DNA from: Malacoraja senta
Taxonomy: Eukaryota
DNA: 64,000 nucleotides
NCBI GenBank assembly: GCA_038087875.1
Contig: CM075990.1
Coordinates: forward strand, 17,362,001-17,426,000
Direction of reading: 5' to 3'
Below, in pieces: positions 25,483-39,390 of the stretch (positions are counted from its first letter, which is position 1; the number at the start of each line of letters is the position of its first letter). A model generated the notes under the pieces. The model made no database searches. It was not told the origin of the DNA and saw nothing but the letters and a program-made list of their open reading frames with translations. The position numbers and the translations under genes were made by a program.

Positions 25483-27428
25483 CTATATGCTTCTACCTCT
25501 ATGCCTCTATGCCACTGAGAAAGGTTCCAGCATCCCATCCCACATATAATGTTTACCTCGTCACATCCAGACAAGCCAGCTTAAACTGGGTTTCAGAGTA
25601 ACATTAGTTGAAATATCATCATTGAGCCATACCACATGGACACAGGCCCTTCAGCCCGTCTTGTCCATATTCCAGACTCGTCCCATTTGCCTGCATTTGA
25701 CCCATATCCCTCGAAACCCTTTCTATCCATATATCTGTCCACTGAACAGCTGGCAACTAAGGTACCTTGAGCAAAAAAAAACTGCTGGAGGAAGTCAGCG
25801 GGTCAGGTAGCATCTGGGGAAGGAATGGACAGACAACATTTCAGGTCAGGACCCTCCTTCAGACTGAAGTACCTCTGTGGATCTCTAATTCCCCCTCAGA
25901 AAACCAATATGTAAAGTTCTTACATAGGAAGTAGTTTGACTTCCTAAAGCATGTATCATGAAAATGCGTTTAAGATGGGACTGCAGATGCTGGAAAATCA
26001 AAGGTAGACAGAAATGCTGGAGAAACTCAGCGGGTGAGGCAGCATCTATGGAGCGAAGGAAATAGGCAACGTTTAGGGTCGAGACCCTTCTTCAGACTGA
26101 CAATGACAATATCATGACAATGCAATGCTTTATACAACCACACAGACTCCATAATTGCTATCAGGATAATTAGCTTCAAATACACCACAGAAAGTCTGTA
26201 AAACCCTTATCCCACTATTTGAAAATCCCCATGGTTTGACATCTGGTTCACCTGCGTTCTGCTTCCTGCCCTGCCTTTAGCCTTCTGAATAGACAATAGG
26301 TGCAGGAGTAGGCCATTCGGCCCTTCAAGCTAGCACCGCCATTCATTGTGATCATGGCAGATCATCCACATTCTGAAGTTCCTAATGCTTGCCTTTCAAA
26401 GTTCATTGTTCTATCACGTAGCATCGAAAAGCAAGTGAATTAAAAGAGTGTTGGAGAATTAATAGTATGATTCAATCCTGACAATAGATTAATAGGCAAT
26501 AGACAATAGATGCAGGAGTAGGCCATTCGGCCCTTCGAGCCAGCACCGCATTTCAATGTGATCATGGCTGATCACCCACAATCAGTACCCCGTTCCTGCC
26601 GTCTCTCCATATCCCTTAACCCCGCTATCCCTAAGAGCTCTATCTAACTCTGACCTCGGCTACTGTCAGTGTGGAGCTTGCACGTTCTCCTTGTCACCAC
26701 GTGGGTTGCCTCCATGTTCCTCCGGTTTCCTCCCACATCTCAAAGACGTGCAGGTTTGTTGGTTAATTGGCCTCTGTAAAGTGTGTAGTGAGTGGATGAG
26801 AAAGCACGATAATATAGAACATGTGAACGGGTGATCGATGATCAGCGTGGAGTCGGTGGGCAGAAGGGTCTGTTTCCATACTGAGTCTTAATGATTGGGC
26901 AGCTGACTGCCATCTATTGAGGCATCTTTCCAATTCATGGAATAGTTTACAACTCGCTGCATTGTCCTGCTTGTGGAGCCAGGGTGGTGCCAACACCACT
27001 GGCAGAAAACCATCCTGGTCGCCTTGGTGTGGCAATGACTGGCCACTCAGGGAGCAGGGACTCGAGGCAAGTCCAGAGCTATGAGGGCTCCTTAGGGCTG
27101 GAGGAACCTTCAGACCATGTTGAACGGGAAGGTAAGAACTTGAAATTGGATGGAAAGATGAGCTGGGAGCCATGGGCAACAGAGAAATGCCATTGAGTGA
27201 AAATAAGGTAGTGTGGTGTGAACAATGTTCTCTTGGATCAGGCACTAGAGGTTGCTGTGTCCTGTAAAACTGCAAAGAGAAAGCTAACATTTTAAGAAGT
27301 GTTGTAGATTCCAAATATTCCACTAGGACAATAAAGGAATCTGAATCTGAATCTGAATCTGAGGATTGTTTCTTAATATTTGTCAGTAAAGGGCATGATT
27401 GGAATTATATGCAGCGTGAAATTTGCAA

Positions 27429-27645
27429 GATAGACACAAAATGCTGGAGTAACTCAGCGGGACAGGCAGCATCTCTGGATAGAAGGAATGGGCGACGTTT
27501 CAGATCCTTCAGATCTGAAGAAGGGTCTTGATCCGAAACAACAGTTATTCCTTCTATTTAGAGATGCTGCCTTTCCTGTTCAATTACTCCAGCATTTTGT
27601 GTCTATCTTCGATGTAAACTTGCATCTGCAGTTCCTTCCTACATA
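27429..27645. mobile_element. Palindromic Penelope-derived short insertion with 12-bp TSD
   Basis: Inverted halves; tgaaatttgcaa at 27417-27428 and 27646-27657. Confidence 0.85.
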
Positions 27646-29519
27646 TGAAATTTGCAAAGCCAGCCATGTTGTTGAAAGGCAATTTGCCCTGAGTCAATTA
27701 ATTCAGTGATTATTGTCACACGTACCTAGGTACAGTGAAATGCTTGACATACAACCCGGTAAGGTCATACAACAGACCTCACCTACAGTAGGTAGTACAC
27801 AAGTGTCGCCACATGTCCGTCATCGACAAAGTTACAAGAGTAACAGTAAGCCTCCAGTGCAGAAGTCCTCACACATTCTCTCACCAACACAAGCTGAGAT
27901 GGTGTTGACGCATGTTCATGGAGGGTCATTTATTGGTGAGTTGACGCAGTGGGCTGAAGCAACGGGGAATGTTACAGTTTCTACAAATCTATTTTTGATA
28001 CCATTTTTGAAATGCATTTTGGTAAAAATTCAAGTGTGAGAGGGCATAACTTTAAGGACCAAAGTTTAAAGGAGAAGTGCGGGGCAAATGGCCTTTCAAC
28101 AATCCTCAAGTAACACCAAGGATGGTGAGTACCAGGAATGTGCTTCCAGATGTGGTGGTGGAGGCATGTACAATAGAGGCATCTACAAGACGTTTGGATA
28201 GGCACATGGATATGGAGGGATACGGTCGTAGATAAATGGTAATGGCATCATGTACAGCACATATATTATGGGCCGAAAGGCCTGTTCCTGTGCTGCACTG
28301 TTCTATGTTCTAACATCTAACATAGATCCAGTAGTGCGTGCTTTGTACTGACCATTAACAGCCAGCCTGGATTTCACAAGATCACTCATATTTATGCTGC
28401 AGAAGAGCTTTGGACCACAGTTAGGATGCAAGCTGAGAATGCAGCCACTTAGATTCCTCCGACCCATATCGCACCCACAGAACACGGTTCTTAATGTTCT
28501 AAATGCTTCTTAAACGCACAAATATTCTGTCGCATACAGGCAATGAGTTCCACATGTTTCTCAAAAGCCCTTTCTTCCGCTGACTAACATAAATACAGGT
28601 CTCCTAGTGTTGACCTCTCTGCCAAGGGAAGTGTGCCCTTCCCGCTGAACCTCCTAAACATCCCATAATTATAAACACCTTTATGAAGAATTCACTCTGC
28701 CTCCTATGAACTGAGGAAAATGATCCGAGTCTTGCCAGCTTCCCCTGAAACCATGATTCTCCCTCAACCTCTATTACCTTTCAATTTCCTGCTGAAAGTA
28801 GACATACAGTTTGCGTCCAACCTTGACTAGTTCCAGACCTGACCAGCTCCCGACATCTCTGTAAATGAGCCTCATTCAAAACCCAGTTCCTGAACCAGCC
28901 ACAAGCCCTTAGCTTTGTCAAATCTGTGGATTTAGTGAGACAATAAATCCCTAGGACCCATTTGTCTACAATCCAGAAAGGTCTAGTTATTGTCTTCCAA
29001 AGTCCTACAGAACCTGGAATCATGCCACTCTGTAGGAAGGTAGCACCTTGTCCATGCTGATCATGTCAGCATTTTTGGTTGGTCCCATTTAACTGCATTT
29101 GGCCCATGGTCTAAACTTTTCCATTACATATGTCTATAGAAAAACTCTTAATAGTCTCCCCTTCCTCGGCTTCCTCTGCCCCCTCAATCCAGATACAGAC
29201 TATCTTCTATATGTATACACAACATGCTGGAGTAACTCAGTGGGACTGGCAGCATCTCTGGAGAGAAGGAATGGGCGACGTTTCGGGTCGAGACCCTTCT
29301 TCAGATTGCCTTCTGAGCGAACAGGTTTCACTGAGGTCCCTTTTAAATCTCTCTCCTTTACCTTAAGCCTGTGAGCATTCACTATATCAATCCCCCTCAT
29401 TATTCTATGTATTGCGTGTCAGCTTTTGTCTGCTGTTGTAGGCTTTTTGCTCACTGCGCTTAATATTGAACACCAGGAACACTCACTTCACATAATCATT
29501 GATAGGATTTCAGAACTGC

Positions 29520-29800
29520 ATGTTCATAAATTCATGTCATAGGGGCAGAATCAGTCAATTCGGCCCATCAAGTCTACTGCCATTCAATCATGGCTGATCT
29601 CTCTTTCCCACTCAACCCATTCTCCTGCCTTCTCCCCATGACCTTTAACACCCTTACTAATCAAGAACCTGTCAATCCCCACTTTAAAAATACCCATTGA
29701 CTGGGCCTCCACCGCCTTCTGTGGCAATGAACGCCACAGATTCACCACCCTCTGGATAAAGAGATTCCTCATCTCCTTTCTAAAGGTACGTCCTTATAAT
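29520..29800 (-). mobile_element. CR1-like LINE 3' fragment
   Basis: MRNLFIQRVVNLWRSLPQKAVEA...FKVGIDRFL. Confidence 0.8.
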
Positions 29801-31196
29801 TAGAGCACTCTTGTTCACAGCGAGCTCGACTTGGCACATGGTCCGTGTGAAACATGTGGCTTTGTATCACCTACCTGCGGCACCAATATAATGACAAAAA
29901 CAAACACCGCTCTCATCAGCTCTTGTGGCATCATTTATGGCTGAGTACATGTCCTAAACAAACTAAAAGTAACAGGTCGCCAAGAGGCAAAGGATCGAAG
30001 CCAGGGAACATATTTTCTTTCTGTTGATTAAATGTATCATGACATGCAAATGTTACCATCAGCTCTGAAACTCCTGCCGCAAGGTGCTCCACTTGCAGAT
30101 GTTCAGTGATACATTACCCATTCTTTAATTGCACGGTACCCTATTCTACAGATGTACAAGAGTATGTCCTTCAATAAGGTATCAGTTGGGATTAATTAAC
30201 AGCTCATTATATGGAGCAACAGAGAATTGGATCTATCCCAAGAAAGGTTCCTTCAACACATTCTGGCATGATATTGTTTCTTTGCACAGCATCTTATGTA
30301 TTATACAAACATCAGCCTCTGTCTCAGCAGTCTCCCTCCCCTATCAAGCTCCATCTGTCCATGATCCCCGCACCCACCCCTCACCTGGTTTCACCTATGA
30401 GCTACCTCTCTCACCCCTACCTCTCACTTCTAGATGCTGGCCATCTTCCCTCTACACTCTCCGTCCTGATGCAAGGTCTCAACCTGATACATTGACCATC
30501 CCTCTGCCAACACACACTCTCCCTGCCCTGCAGAGTTCCCCCATCATTGTGTTTCTTTGCTCCAGATTCCAGCATCTGGAGTCTCTTGTACCTGTATTCC
30601 GTTTGACAGCAGGAACCAGGCATCTATTCCTACGTAGTCCACTGGAGGTCTTTTCTTCTGAACCTGAACATAGAACAGTAGGGCATAGGAACAGGCCCTT
30701 CATCCCACAATGTACGTGCCCACATGATGCCAAGGTTAAACTTATCACTGTCTGCACCTGATCCACATCCCTCCATTCCCTGCATATCCATGTGCCTATC
30801 TAAAAGCCTCATAAATGCCCCGATCATATCTGCCTCCACCGCCACCACCCTTGCCTGAGCATACCACTCACCCACCACCCTCTGTATAAAATAACATGCC
30901 CCACACATCGCCTTTAAACTTTTCCACTTTAATCTTAAAGATATATCCTCCAGTCTTTTAATGCACGATTATATTGTTGTTCTGTTACTTTACAATGTTT
31001 GTCCAAAAGACAGCCAGTATTAACACGTAAAATCAATCACACCAAAGGTTGTGAAGCTATAATGGAGGCTGTGATGACCAGAAATCAATATTATTTCATT
31101 CTTGCTCCAGCGTACCGATAAACAATGAGTGTTCTTTCAATAAGTATCATGCACCAACCTAAGGGCGGGTGAGTATAACCTGATGTTATAATGGAA

Positions 31197-31595
31197 ATAG
31201 ACACAAAAAGCTGGAGTAACTCAGCGGGTCAGACAGCATCTCTGGAGAAAAGGAATAGGTGACGTTTCGGGTCGAGACCTTTCTTCAGACTGAGAATTGG
31301 GGGAAAGGGAAACGAGAGATATAGACGGTGATGTAGAGAGATAGAGAACAAATGATAGATATGCAAAAAAAGTTATGATGATAAAGGAAACAGCCCATTG
31401 GTAGCTGCGAGCTAGGTGAAAATGAGTTAGTGACAATGAGACTGAACAAGACGTCTTTGAAGCTGGTACGACTTGGGTGTGGGAATGATGGAGAGAGGGG
31501 GATGCAAGGGTTACTAGAAGTTAGAGAAATCAATATTCATTCCACTGGGTTGTAAACTGCCCAAGCAACATACGAGGTTCCTCCAATCTATGTTT
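31197..31595 (-). mobile_element. Penelope-like 3' end (GIY-YIG tail plus pLTR)
   Basis: Minus strand LGSLQPSGMNIDFSNF*, then a pLTR with ctgaagaaaggtctcgacccgaaacgtcacc; uninterrupted counterpart of 1880-2560. Confidence 0.8.
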
Positions 31596-33574
31596 GGATA
31601 TAACAGGCATGTTAAAAAATACATTTTGCATAAATGAAATTTCAACAAAAATCATTCTGCTAAACAATGACTTAGTTAAATGGCTTCTGTTCCTACTGCG
31701 TGTATAAGGTAAATGTAACCGTTTTGTTTCTGTATGAGCGGGCTGTTAAAAGTACAGATTGAATTTCTGTCAAATAACCAAAGAGACAATATTCATTTTA
31801 AGAGCAGTTTTGCATAAAATTCCATAAATATTATTTATTCACAGCTCCTATCCAGCAATTTCCCCACCCTTCAATGGTACTTCAATTATATATGAACTAC
31901 CAAGATCAAGACAAGTCCTGGGTTTTATGTTCAATTAACAGTGGGATGCTAAATCTCCGTCAGCCTAGCAAGTGAGATGTTAGAGAACTAACTGCCATAA
32001 TCCAGCATGCAGTTGTTGAATCCCCGTGGGTTGTCATTGGCCAAAAGTGACACAAATAGGGTGTCCATCGGAATCGGGGTCCAGCGTATGGGTAGGACAG
32101 GGTCTGTACTCTATGTGTGTGTGTGCGGAGAGAACTAGCATCAGGAACATTAGGGGCAATCTAAAACACACACACAAGCAGAAACATGCGTGGGTTCCAT
32201 CACCAACTCCCTTTGAACCCACTGAGTTCACTAGAACAATGATTATAAAACCGTGTAACACGGGGAAAGAGTGAAACAAACATGTTTTTTGGGTGTTGCA
32301 TGAGGTTACCTCCAGTGAACCAGAAAATCACGCTGTTTCCACGCTGTATCTCTAAACTAAACTGAGCTAAGGAGAGTTTTCATGAGTTTGGCCCAAACAT
32401 GGCATTGAGTGCGCAGGTAAATGTTCACTGATGCAGGTTCTGGACAGATAATGTCTCCGGTCAGGGCCCTTCTTCACTCCTTTTTACGTTGAAGGTGGTG
32501 GATTTCGAGTCATAGAACTGTACATCATGGAAACAGGCCCTATGTCCATGTTATCCATGCTGAACAAGTTGGCATATTGGGCTGTCCCATTTGCCTGCAC
32601 TTGAATCAGTCTTCAAAATCCTTCCACCCCTAGATCTGTTCAAATGTCTTTTGAAAGTCATAATTGTATCTATTTCTGTAACTTCTTCTGGCATCTCATT
32701 CCAGATGTGGACTTCCCTCTGAGTGAAAACGTTGCCGCTGACGTCTCTCTTAAATATCCCCCCTCTCACCCTAAGCCAATGGCCACCTCTCTGTTGGAGA
32801 ACAAAGTGTGGGATGCAGAGGCTGGTGGGGTGAAAGGTGAGGATCAGGGGACTTTCTTCCTTATGGGGAAAGGGGAGCAAGAACAGAACTATGGGACACA
32901 GAGCCTGAAGAAAGGTCCTGACCAGAATCGACATCTATCCATTCCCACCACGGATGCTGCCTGACCTGCTGAGGTTCTCCAGTAACTTATTTTTTGCTCA
33001 AGCTTCAAGAGGAAGGAGTGGAGTCAGATACAATAATGACATTTAAAAGACATTTGGACAGGTACATGGTTGAGATAGGATTGGAGGGATATGGGCCAAA
33101 CACAGGCAAATGGGACTAGCTTAGATGGGGCACTTGGACAAGTTAGACCAAAAGGCCTGTATCCATGCTGTAACTTCTGCTTATGATTATTCTTACAATC
33201 GTTTTTTAATAACAATTTATTTGAAGCAACACTAGAGTTCCTTTAGAACAACAATATTTGTATGTGTGTTTTTTTTCAAAAAATGAAACAAACCAGACAA
33301 TATGTAAAGGCAATGAACAGATCTTTAAAAATCTCCTGTTAAAATACATGGCCGAGGAAGTGATCAGTAAATGGTGGTGATATTAAAACTTAATTCAAGG
33401 ACCAGCTTTCTGCACAGGAATGAATCATTATGTTGAGAGCCCCCAGGCTAAAGTGTTCAAACTGACATGTAAATCTTAATAATTCTTCAGTGTATTGAAT
33501 TGTATTTCACGATGATCTCATTCAGCGTGGAAATAATTTGATTATTGAGGTTGAAACATAAAATATAAATTTGA

Positions 33575-34190
33575 GGCACAAGGAACCGCAGGTGCTGGAA
33601 TCTTGACTGCTGGCGAACTCAACGGGTCAGGCAGCATCTGCGGAGGGAATGGACAGACAACGTTTCTGGGCGGGACAGCAGTCAACATTAGTTGAGAGGT
33701 ATGAAAGGGAGAGTGGAACCAGGGCCAGAGTGGGTGAACGGTGGGTGTGGGAACAGGGGCCCTGGTGAATGGACGGGGCAGTTATTGAGGAATTAAAGGG
33801 CGTGTGAGGTGTCATGGGTGTAGTCAGAAGGGACTGGGCAAGGGGGGGTTGGGGGATGATGGAATAAAGGTACTTGGAGATGTTCAGGGGCAGGAAACAA
33901 CGTGTCTGTCAGGGGAAGACAAACAAGCTGGAGAAACTCAGCGGGTGAGGCAGCATCTATGGGGCGAAGGAATAGGTGACGTTTCGGGTCGAGACCTACC
34001 TTCCATTTTTCCAGCATCTGCAGTTCTTTCTTAAACAACGTGTCTGTCAGGGGAGTTCTGCTTGTGGATTTGGGGAAGAGAGAAGCAGGCAGGGCAGGGC
34101 TGGACAACGATAAGGTTGGAGGCTGTGGAGGGAAGGTCGCCAAAGGTGAAGAGTTTGGATTGCAGGCCTGATGAGATGACTTGCAGGAAA
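33575..34190 (-). mobile_element. Degenerate Penelope RT-region remnant with a nested short insertion
   Basis: Minus strand GDLPSTASNLIVVQPCPACFSLPQIHKQNSPDRHVV resembles the Penelope RT motif FYLLPKIHK..PGRPIV; a 22-bp duplication flanks the insert at 33917-34032. Confidence 0.65.
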
Positions 34191-34199
34191 ATGGTTCTG

Positions 34200-34560
34200 A
34201 CTGTCTACCCGATCTACGCCTCTCATAATGTTATATACTTCTATCAGGTCTCCCCTCAGCTTCCAACTCTCAGCAAAAACAATCCAAGTTTGTTCAACCT
34301 CTCCATATGGTTAATACCTTCAAAGCCAGCCAGCATTCTGGTAAATCTCTTCTGCATGCCTTCCAAAACCTCCACATCCTTCTTGCAATGGGCCATCCAG
34401 TACTGCATGCACGACTCCAAATGCAGCCAACCAAAGCTTTATACAGCTGCATCGTGATTTCCTGACTTTTATACTCAATGCCCCAGCCAATGATGGTGAA
34501 CATACAAGACACCCTTACTGCTCAAACTACTTGGGCTGACTCTTTCAGTGAACTATGGAC
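34200..34560 (-). mobile_element. Old CR1-like ORF2 fragment
   Basis: GIEYKSQEITMQLYKALV motif with frameshifts. Confidence 0.7.
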
Positions 34561-35022
34561 TTGGAGTTGCTCAATTATAGCGGAGCAGTGACCGTGAATG
34601 GTACACTTGAGATGCTCTGACCTCTGGGCCAGTGTGATGTCATTATAAAATTGGTCTGTTAGTGCAAACTGGTGCACAAACACAATGTTTTTTTAAGAAC
34701 GAGCATGTTATGCCATTGTGAATGTGCGGGCCGAGCTCGTTATTACCTTGCAAAGAAGCATGAACTCACATGGATTAATGCAGCAATCATAAAACCACTC
34801 AGTCGACAGGACTGGCAGCAGACGGATGCAACTAGCAATGGATATTCTCACAAGTGGAGGAAGCACATTCATTCAGCGGCAATCTGATTGAATGTTGAAC
34901 AGAAACTCACCAAGGCTTCACAAGCAGATCTTCCCAATCCGGAATTCTCCATCAAATGGATTGGCCAGACCATCCAGCTTGCAGGAGGCATCACCTTGAC
35001 CAGGGCCCACCATCAATATTGT

Positions 35023-35242
35023 GTAGGAAGGAACTGCAGATGCTGGTTTGAACTGAAGATAGGCACAAAAAGCTGGAGTAACTCAGTGGGACAGACAGCA
35101 TCTCTGGAGAGAAGGAATGGGTGACGTTTCAGGTCGAGAGCTATCTTTAGTCTGAAGAAGGGTCTCGCCCGAAACGCCTCCCATTCCTTCTCTCCACAGA
35201 AGCTGCCTGTCCAGCTGAGTTAATCCAGCTTTTTGTGTCTAT
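35023..35242. mobile_element. Palindromic Penelope-derived short insertion with 16-bp TSD
   Basis: ccaccatcaatattgt at 35007-35022 and 35243-35258; inverted halves around tctgaagaagggtctcgcccgaaacg. Confidence 0.85.
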
Positions 35243-36159
35243 CCACCATCAATATTGTTTCCTTTTATTTTGACAGTGGGTCAAAATCCGAGAACTGTCT
35301 TGTTTTAAAATACTGCAGGAACCTATAATCTCTGTCATCTTCCCAAGGACATTGAGGACAGGTGATACGTGGTGGCCATGCCAGTAAACACAATGTGCAA
35401 GGATGAAGTGACCTATTAATGTTAAGAATGGATGGATCCTCTGAGTCTGAAATCATAAAGCCATGACTGGGCAGAGATTAGTTCAAGTGCCCACAGATGA
35501 ACAAATGGGAACAATTCATGGGAATTGTTCAATCATTTTATTTTACTTAGAACAATAAAGGAATACAATAGGAATACTTTATTGTCACATGTGACTAGGT
35601 ACAGTGAGATTCTTTGTTTGCATGCCCAATGTATACAAACGTATAAAGAGGCCATTCAGCCCATTGAGTATAGCTCAAGTCCCAACACAGCAATCACATC
35701 AGTCCCATTTACCTGCCGTCCGAGTAATTTACAATGGCCAATTAAGCACCCAGCGGGTCTTTAGGGTGCAGGACGAGATCTAAACACCTGGAAGAAACCT
35801 GCACGATCACCGTGGGAACGTAAACCATAAAAAATAACATGTTGCACATAGTTCATAATAATTTAAAATGTTGACTATTTTAATGCCTGTCAAAGTCGAG
35901 AGAGTTAAAGAGCAGGAGGATCCTAGTTTTGAACAGGCACACCTCACAGACAAAGACCAAGGAATGGAGAGAACGGGAGACTGGGTGTATGATGGTAAAA
36001 TCTCCCGAGGAACCAGCGTTGCATAAAGTTAATGGTGACTGGAGAAGAAATGCCGAACTAAGTAGAGTCAGAGCCCCGCATCACTCTGTGACTTCATAAC
36101 ACCATGGGTGGAGCAGAAACAAAATTATTTCCCACTGACTCCATTTGCACTTCACCCTG

Positions 36160-36545
36160 CCGCAGAAAAGCAGGCAGCCTCAACAAAGACTTATCCACAC
36201 TGGCCATTCCTTCTTCTCCCCGCTCCCGTAAGGCAGAAAATACAGAAGCTTGAAAGCGCGCACCACCAGACTCAGGAACAGCTTCGTTCTTCTGTTATCT
36301 GAGCAATCCTTCTATTAGCTAGAGGACTGTTCGATTCCCCACGACCCCATTATGCACATTGGAATTTGTCTCTGGAACGATGAGGTATTACGCTAGGAAT
36401 TATATCCTGTACCCTTCATTCTACCTATTGTACTTGAGTTTGGCGTGATTGTATTTGTGTATAGTATTATCTGATTTGATTGAATAGCATGCAAAACAAA
36501 GCTGTTCATTGTACCTCAGTCCACATGAGAATAAGAAATCTAAAC
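36160..36545 (+). mobile_element. Rex1/Babar-like LINE 3' fragment
   Basis: ctggccattccttcttctccccgctcccgtaaggcagaaaatacagaagcttgaaagcgcgcaccaccagactcaggaacagc, as at 11340. Confidence 0.7.
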
Positions 36546-38871
36546 CTCCCCAAGTTGTTAACATCCAATTGCTCAATCTCCAACTATGAAGTAATCTTCT
36601 ATTCGTCGTTCTACGAGTCCCACTGTTCGCATCCTTTTATCCCTGTCGTTAGTACATCTTCCCCAGCCAACAATGGGCCTTTATTGACTCCACCCTACCT
36701 GAGGTCATCTGTTGGCGGCCCTGTTTTGTTCTGGCCTTCATCTTTCAGTCTGAAGGGTTCTGACACAAAACCCTTTCTCCAGAGATACTGCCTGACCAGT
36801 TCAGTTACTCCAGCACTTTGTGTTTATCTTCAGTATAAACCAGCATCTGCTGTTCCTTCCTACACTATTGAATCTTTTCTTTTTGTGCGCATATCATCAC
36901 AAACTTACAAAGCTTCAAGAACTCAAAAGCCTAAATAATTAAATGAGGTGATTGGCAGTGAGGGGCACCAGACACTGGAAGAGTTCAAACGTGAAATATT
37001 ACTGACAGTAAGGTCAGAAATGTTACTCATAAACCAGAAAGGAATAATGCCAATGCTTTTACAGTGTTGCTGAACAAGCACTATAGTATTCACCATATTG
37101 TGATACTGCAAGATTCACTGCATTTCAGAAGAATAGTATTTTAATGATTTGCAGCTGGGATGTCCAAAATTGATTGGGCGATTGATCAGGTCGTAGGCAA
37201 ATAACTTTAAAAGCTTCGGGATTCAAAATGGAATTCACAGCTCCACTGGACTTTCCAAAGCAACATTTACAAGGATGAATTTGTCGGGTTAGTGTGCTGC
37301 CCACCGACTCCATGACAAGTCTGTGGCATGATTTGATTCTTTACCTAATGCTTATTGTCCTGTTAAATAAATCGAGCCGTCTCTATTGCTTTTAATCTTT
37401 ATTAATTATTATTTTTTTAAACAAAGAGGTTAAACCATGCATCATAAACAACAACCTTCCGCCCTCTGTAACTGCACTCTGCCTGAAGCATCAGACAAGA
37501 AATTCACGTTATCTAGTGTGGCAATAGTCACTTGTGTCGCTTCATGAATTATTAAATCAGTACTTCGTGGTAATACATAATTTCTTATCAATTATTCATG
37601 CTAATGTGCGTGTAGTTTACTTAATTGTGTTATTGACGATTAAAAGTAATTTCCTGAAAATCCTCAAGGACAGAAAATTTAATCAGTGTAACTACTTTTC
37701 GGATGCAATGCTGTTAAGTATTCTTAATTTGTTCAACAGTCATTTATTTATGTACTTTTCTGCTGGAAATACAAATTTAATCAAACAATTAAATTTGAAA
37801 GTTGGATTTACAAGAACCTAGATCACATAAAGTTCAATGTTTTGCAAGTTAATTATATTTTCGAAAGAAGAAGTATGAACTTGATAATTAAAGATCGGGA
37901 TGCATTGTTTATCCCTGGATGTGACAATTAATCTCAGGCAGCGGCTATTTAAAAACATTACTGTGGCATATTGCTCCAGAATTCACAGATCAGATCCATT
38001 GTTCTTAGTAAAACACGACATTTATGAATTATTTTGAAAATAAAGCAGCAATAATGAAGATATTTTTCCAATGTCGTTTTTTAAAAACATTTTGCTCTAT
38101 CACATTTGTTTCCCCTTAACTAAATGCAGTTTTTGTTCTTCCTAAAAATCACACATTTGAATGGTATTTACAATCCACGATACATGTTCTCAGTCACTTA
38201 CAACATTCATATTTCATCAGAACTTCAAGTTAAAATTAACAGCATAAATTAAAATCATAAATCCTATTGCAGCAGAAAGTATACCAGAAATTGTGCTATT
38301 AATATTTTAAATGAATTCCTGTTAACAGTTTATCCACTTAATAGAAATCTACTATACCAGTGACCTCAAAGCATGGAGCTTTATTGCGTCCTAAAGGTCA
38401 CTTCTTGCAGAACAACGGACTTTTGTCTGCAAATGTATTAGAAACCTACAGTTACTGTATGTTTTCACATTTGGTCTACAAATGCTTACCTGCTTTTTAC
38501 TGCAATCTCCACCCTGCATGGTGAGCTGAGAATAGTTAACATTGCATGTGTTCTGAGGAGGTTCTTTCTGACATTCATCCCGACCATGCCAATTCTAGCA
38601 CGTGTCTGTCTGCCTTCCCATTAATCCATGAGTGGAATGAACACGGTTATAAGAAACAAAGGCAGGCAATTATTTTTGCTGCAAAAATCCAGAATCTATC
38701 TATTTACATCTTTTGGCTTTGACTCAGGTTGGAACATCTTAGCTTTTATACAGATAGAGTCATGTGTGATCAGAGTGTGGACCCGGCATGTCAGAGCTCT
38801 GAGGATATTCTCAAGGAACTCATAAAGTGATCTCAAGTGTTGTCTCTACAGTCAGGGTTGGGTTCTTCTGC

Positions 38872-39134
38872 TCATAGATTCCTTTCGCCCTCAAGCTTCT
38901 CTTTGGCGTGGCTTGCCTTCTCCTGGTCTGTGTCCAAGGGAGCCTTTGTTCCAACCGCGGGGCTGCTGTTGGGCGCGGGGAGCAGGTTGGCAGATTGGAG
39001 AACGGCCTCGGAGTGTTCACGCGCTTTCATCCGCAGAGCCGCCACGCTGGCCGTCCGATTACTCTGGCATCCGTATGGTGGCAAAAAGGACAGACCCATC
39101 GGATCCGGCACACAGCAGGAGCACAGGGAGTTTC
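38872..39134 (-). CDS. DRGX: Dorsal root ganglia homeobox protein, last coding exon (OAR motif)
   Basis: Acceptor tgtttgttttag|GA (phase 1); [52 protein letters not shown]...ERNL*, the DRGX C-terminus. Confidence 0.96.
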
Positions 39135-39171
39135 CTAAAACAAACACAAGCACCAGAGTAAGGAAAAAACA

Positions 39172-39390
39172 CACAAAGTACTGGAGTAACTCAGCGGGTC
39201 AGGCAGCATCTGTGGAGAACATGGATAGGTGACGTTTCACAGAGTGCTGGAGTAACTCAGCAGGTCAGGCAGCATCTGTGGAGAACATGGATAGGTGACG
39301 TTTCACAGAGTGCTGGAGTAACTTCGTGGGTCAGGCAGCATCTCTGGAGAACATGGATATGTGACGTTTCGGGTCAGGACCGTTCTTCAG
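39172..39390 (-). repeat. Tandem array, 3 x 66 bp, of the Penelope terminal sequence with a hammerhead-like core at its 5' end
   Basis: Same unit and junction as the 5065 and 14053 arrays, reverse-complemented; lies about 40 bp from the DRGX acceptor. Confidence 0.9.

Noticed and set aside
34168..34190. CTGATGA...GAAA resembling a canonical hammerhead
   Set aside because: The intervening sequence cannot form stem II
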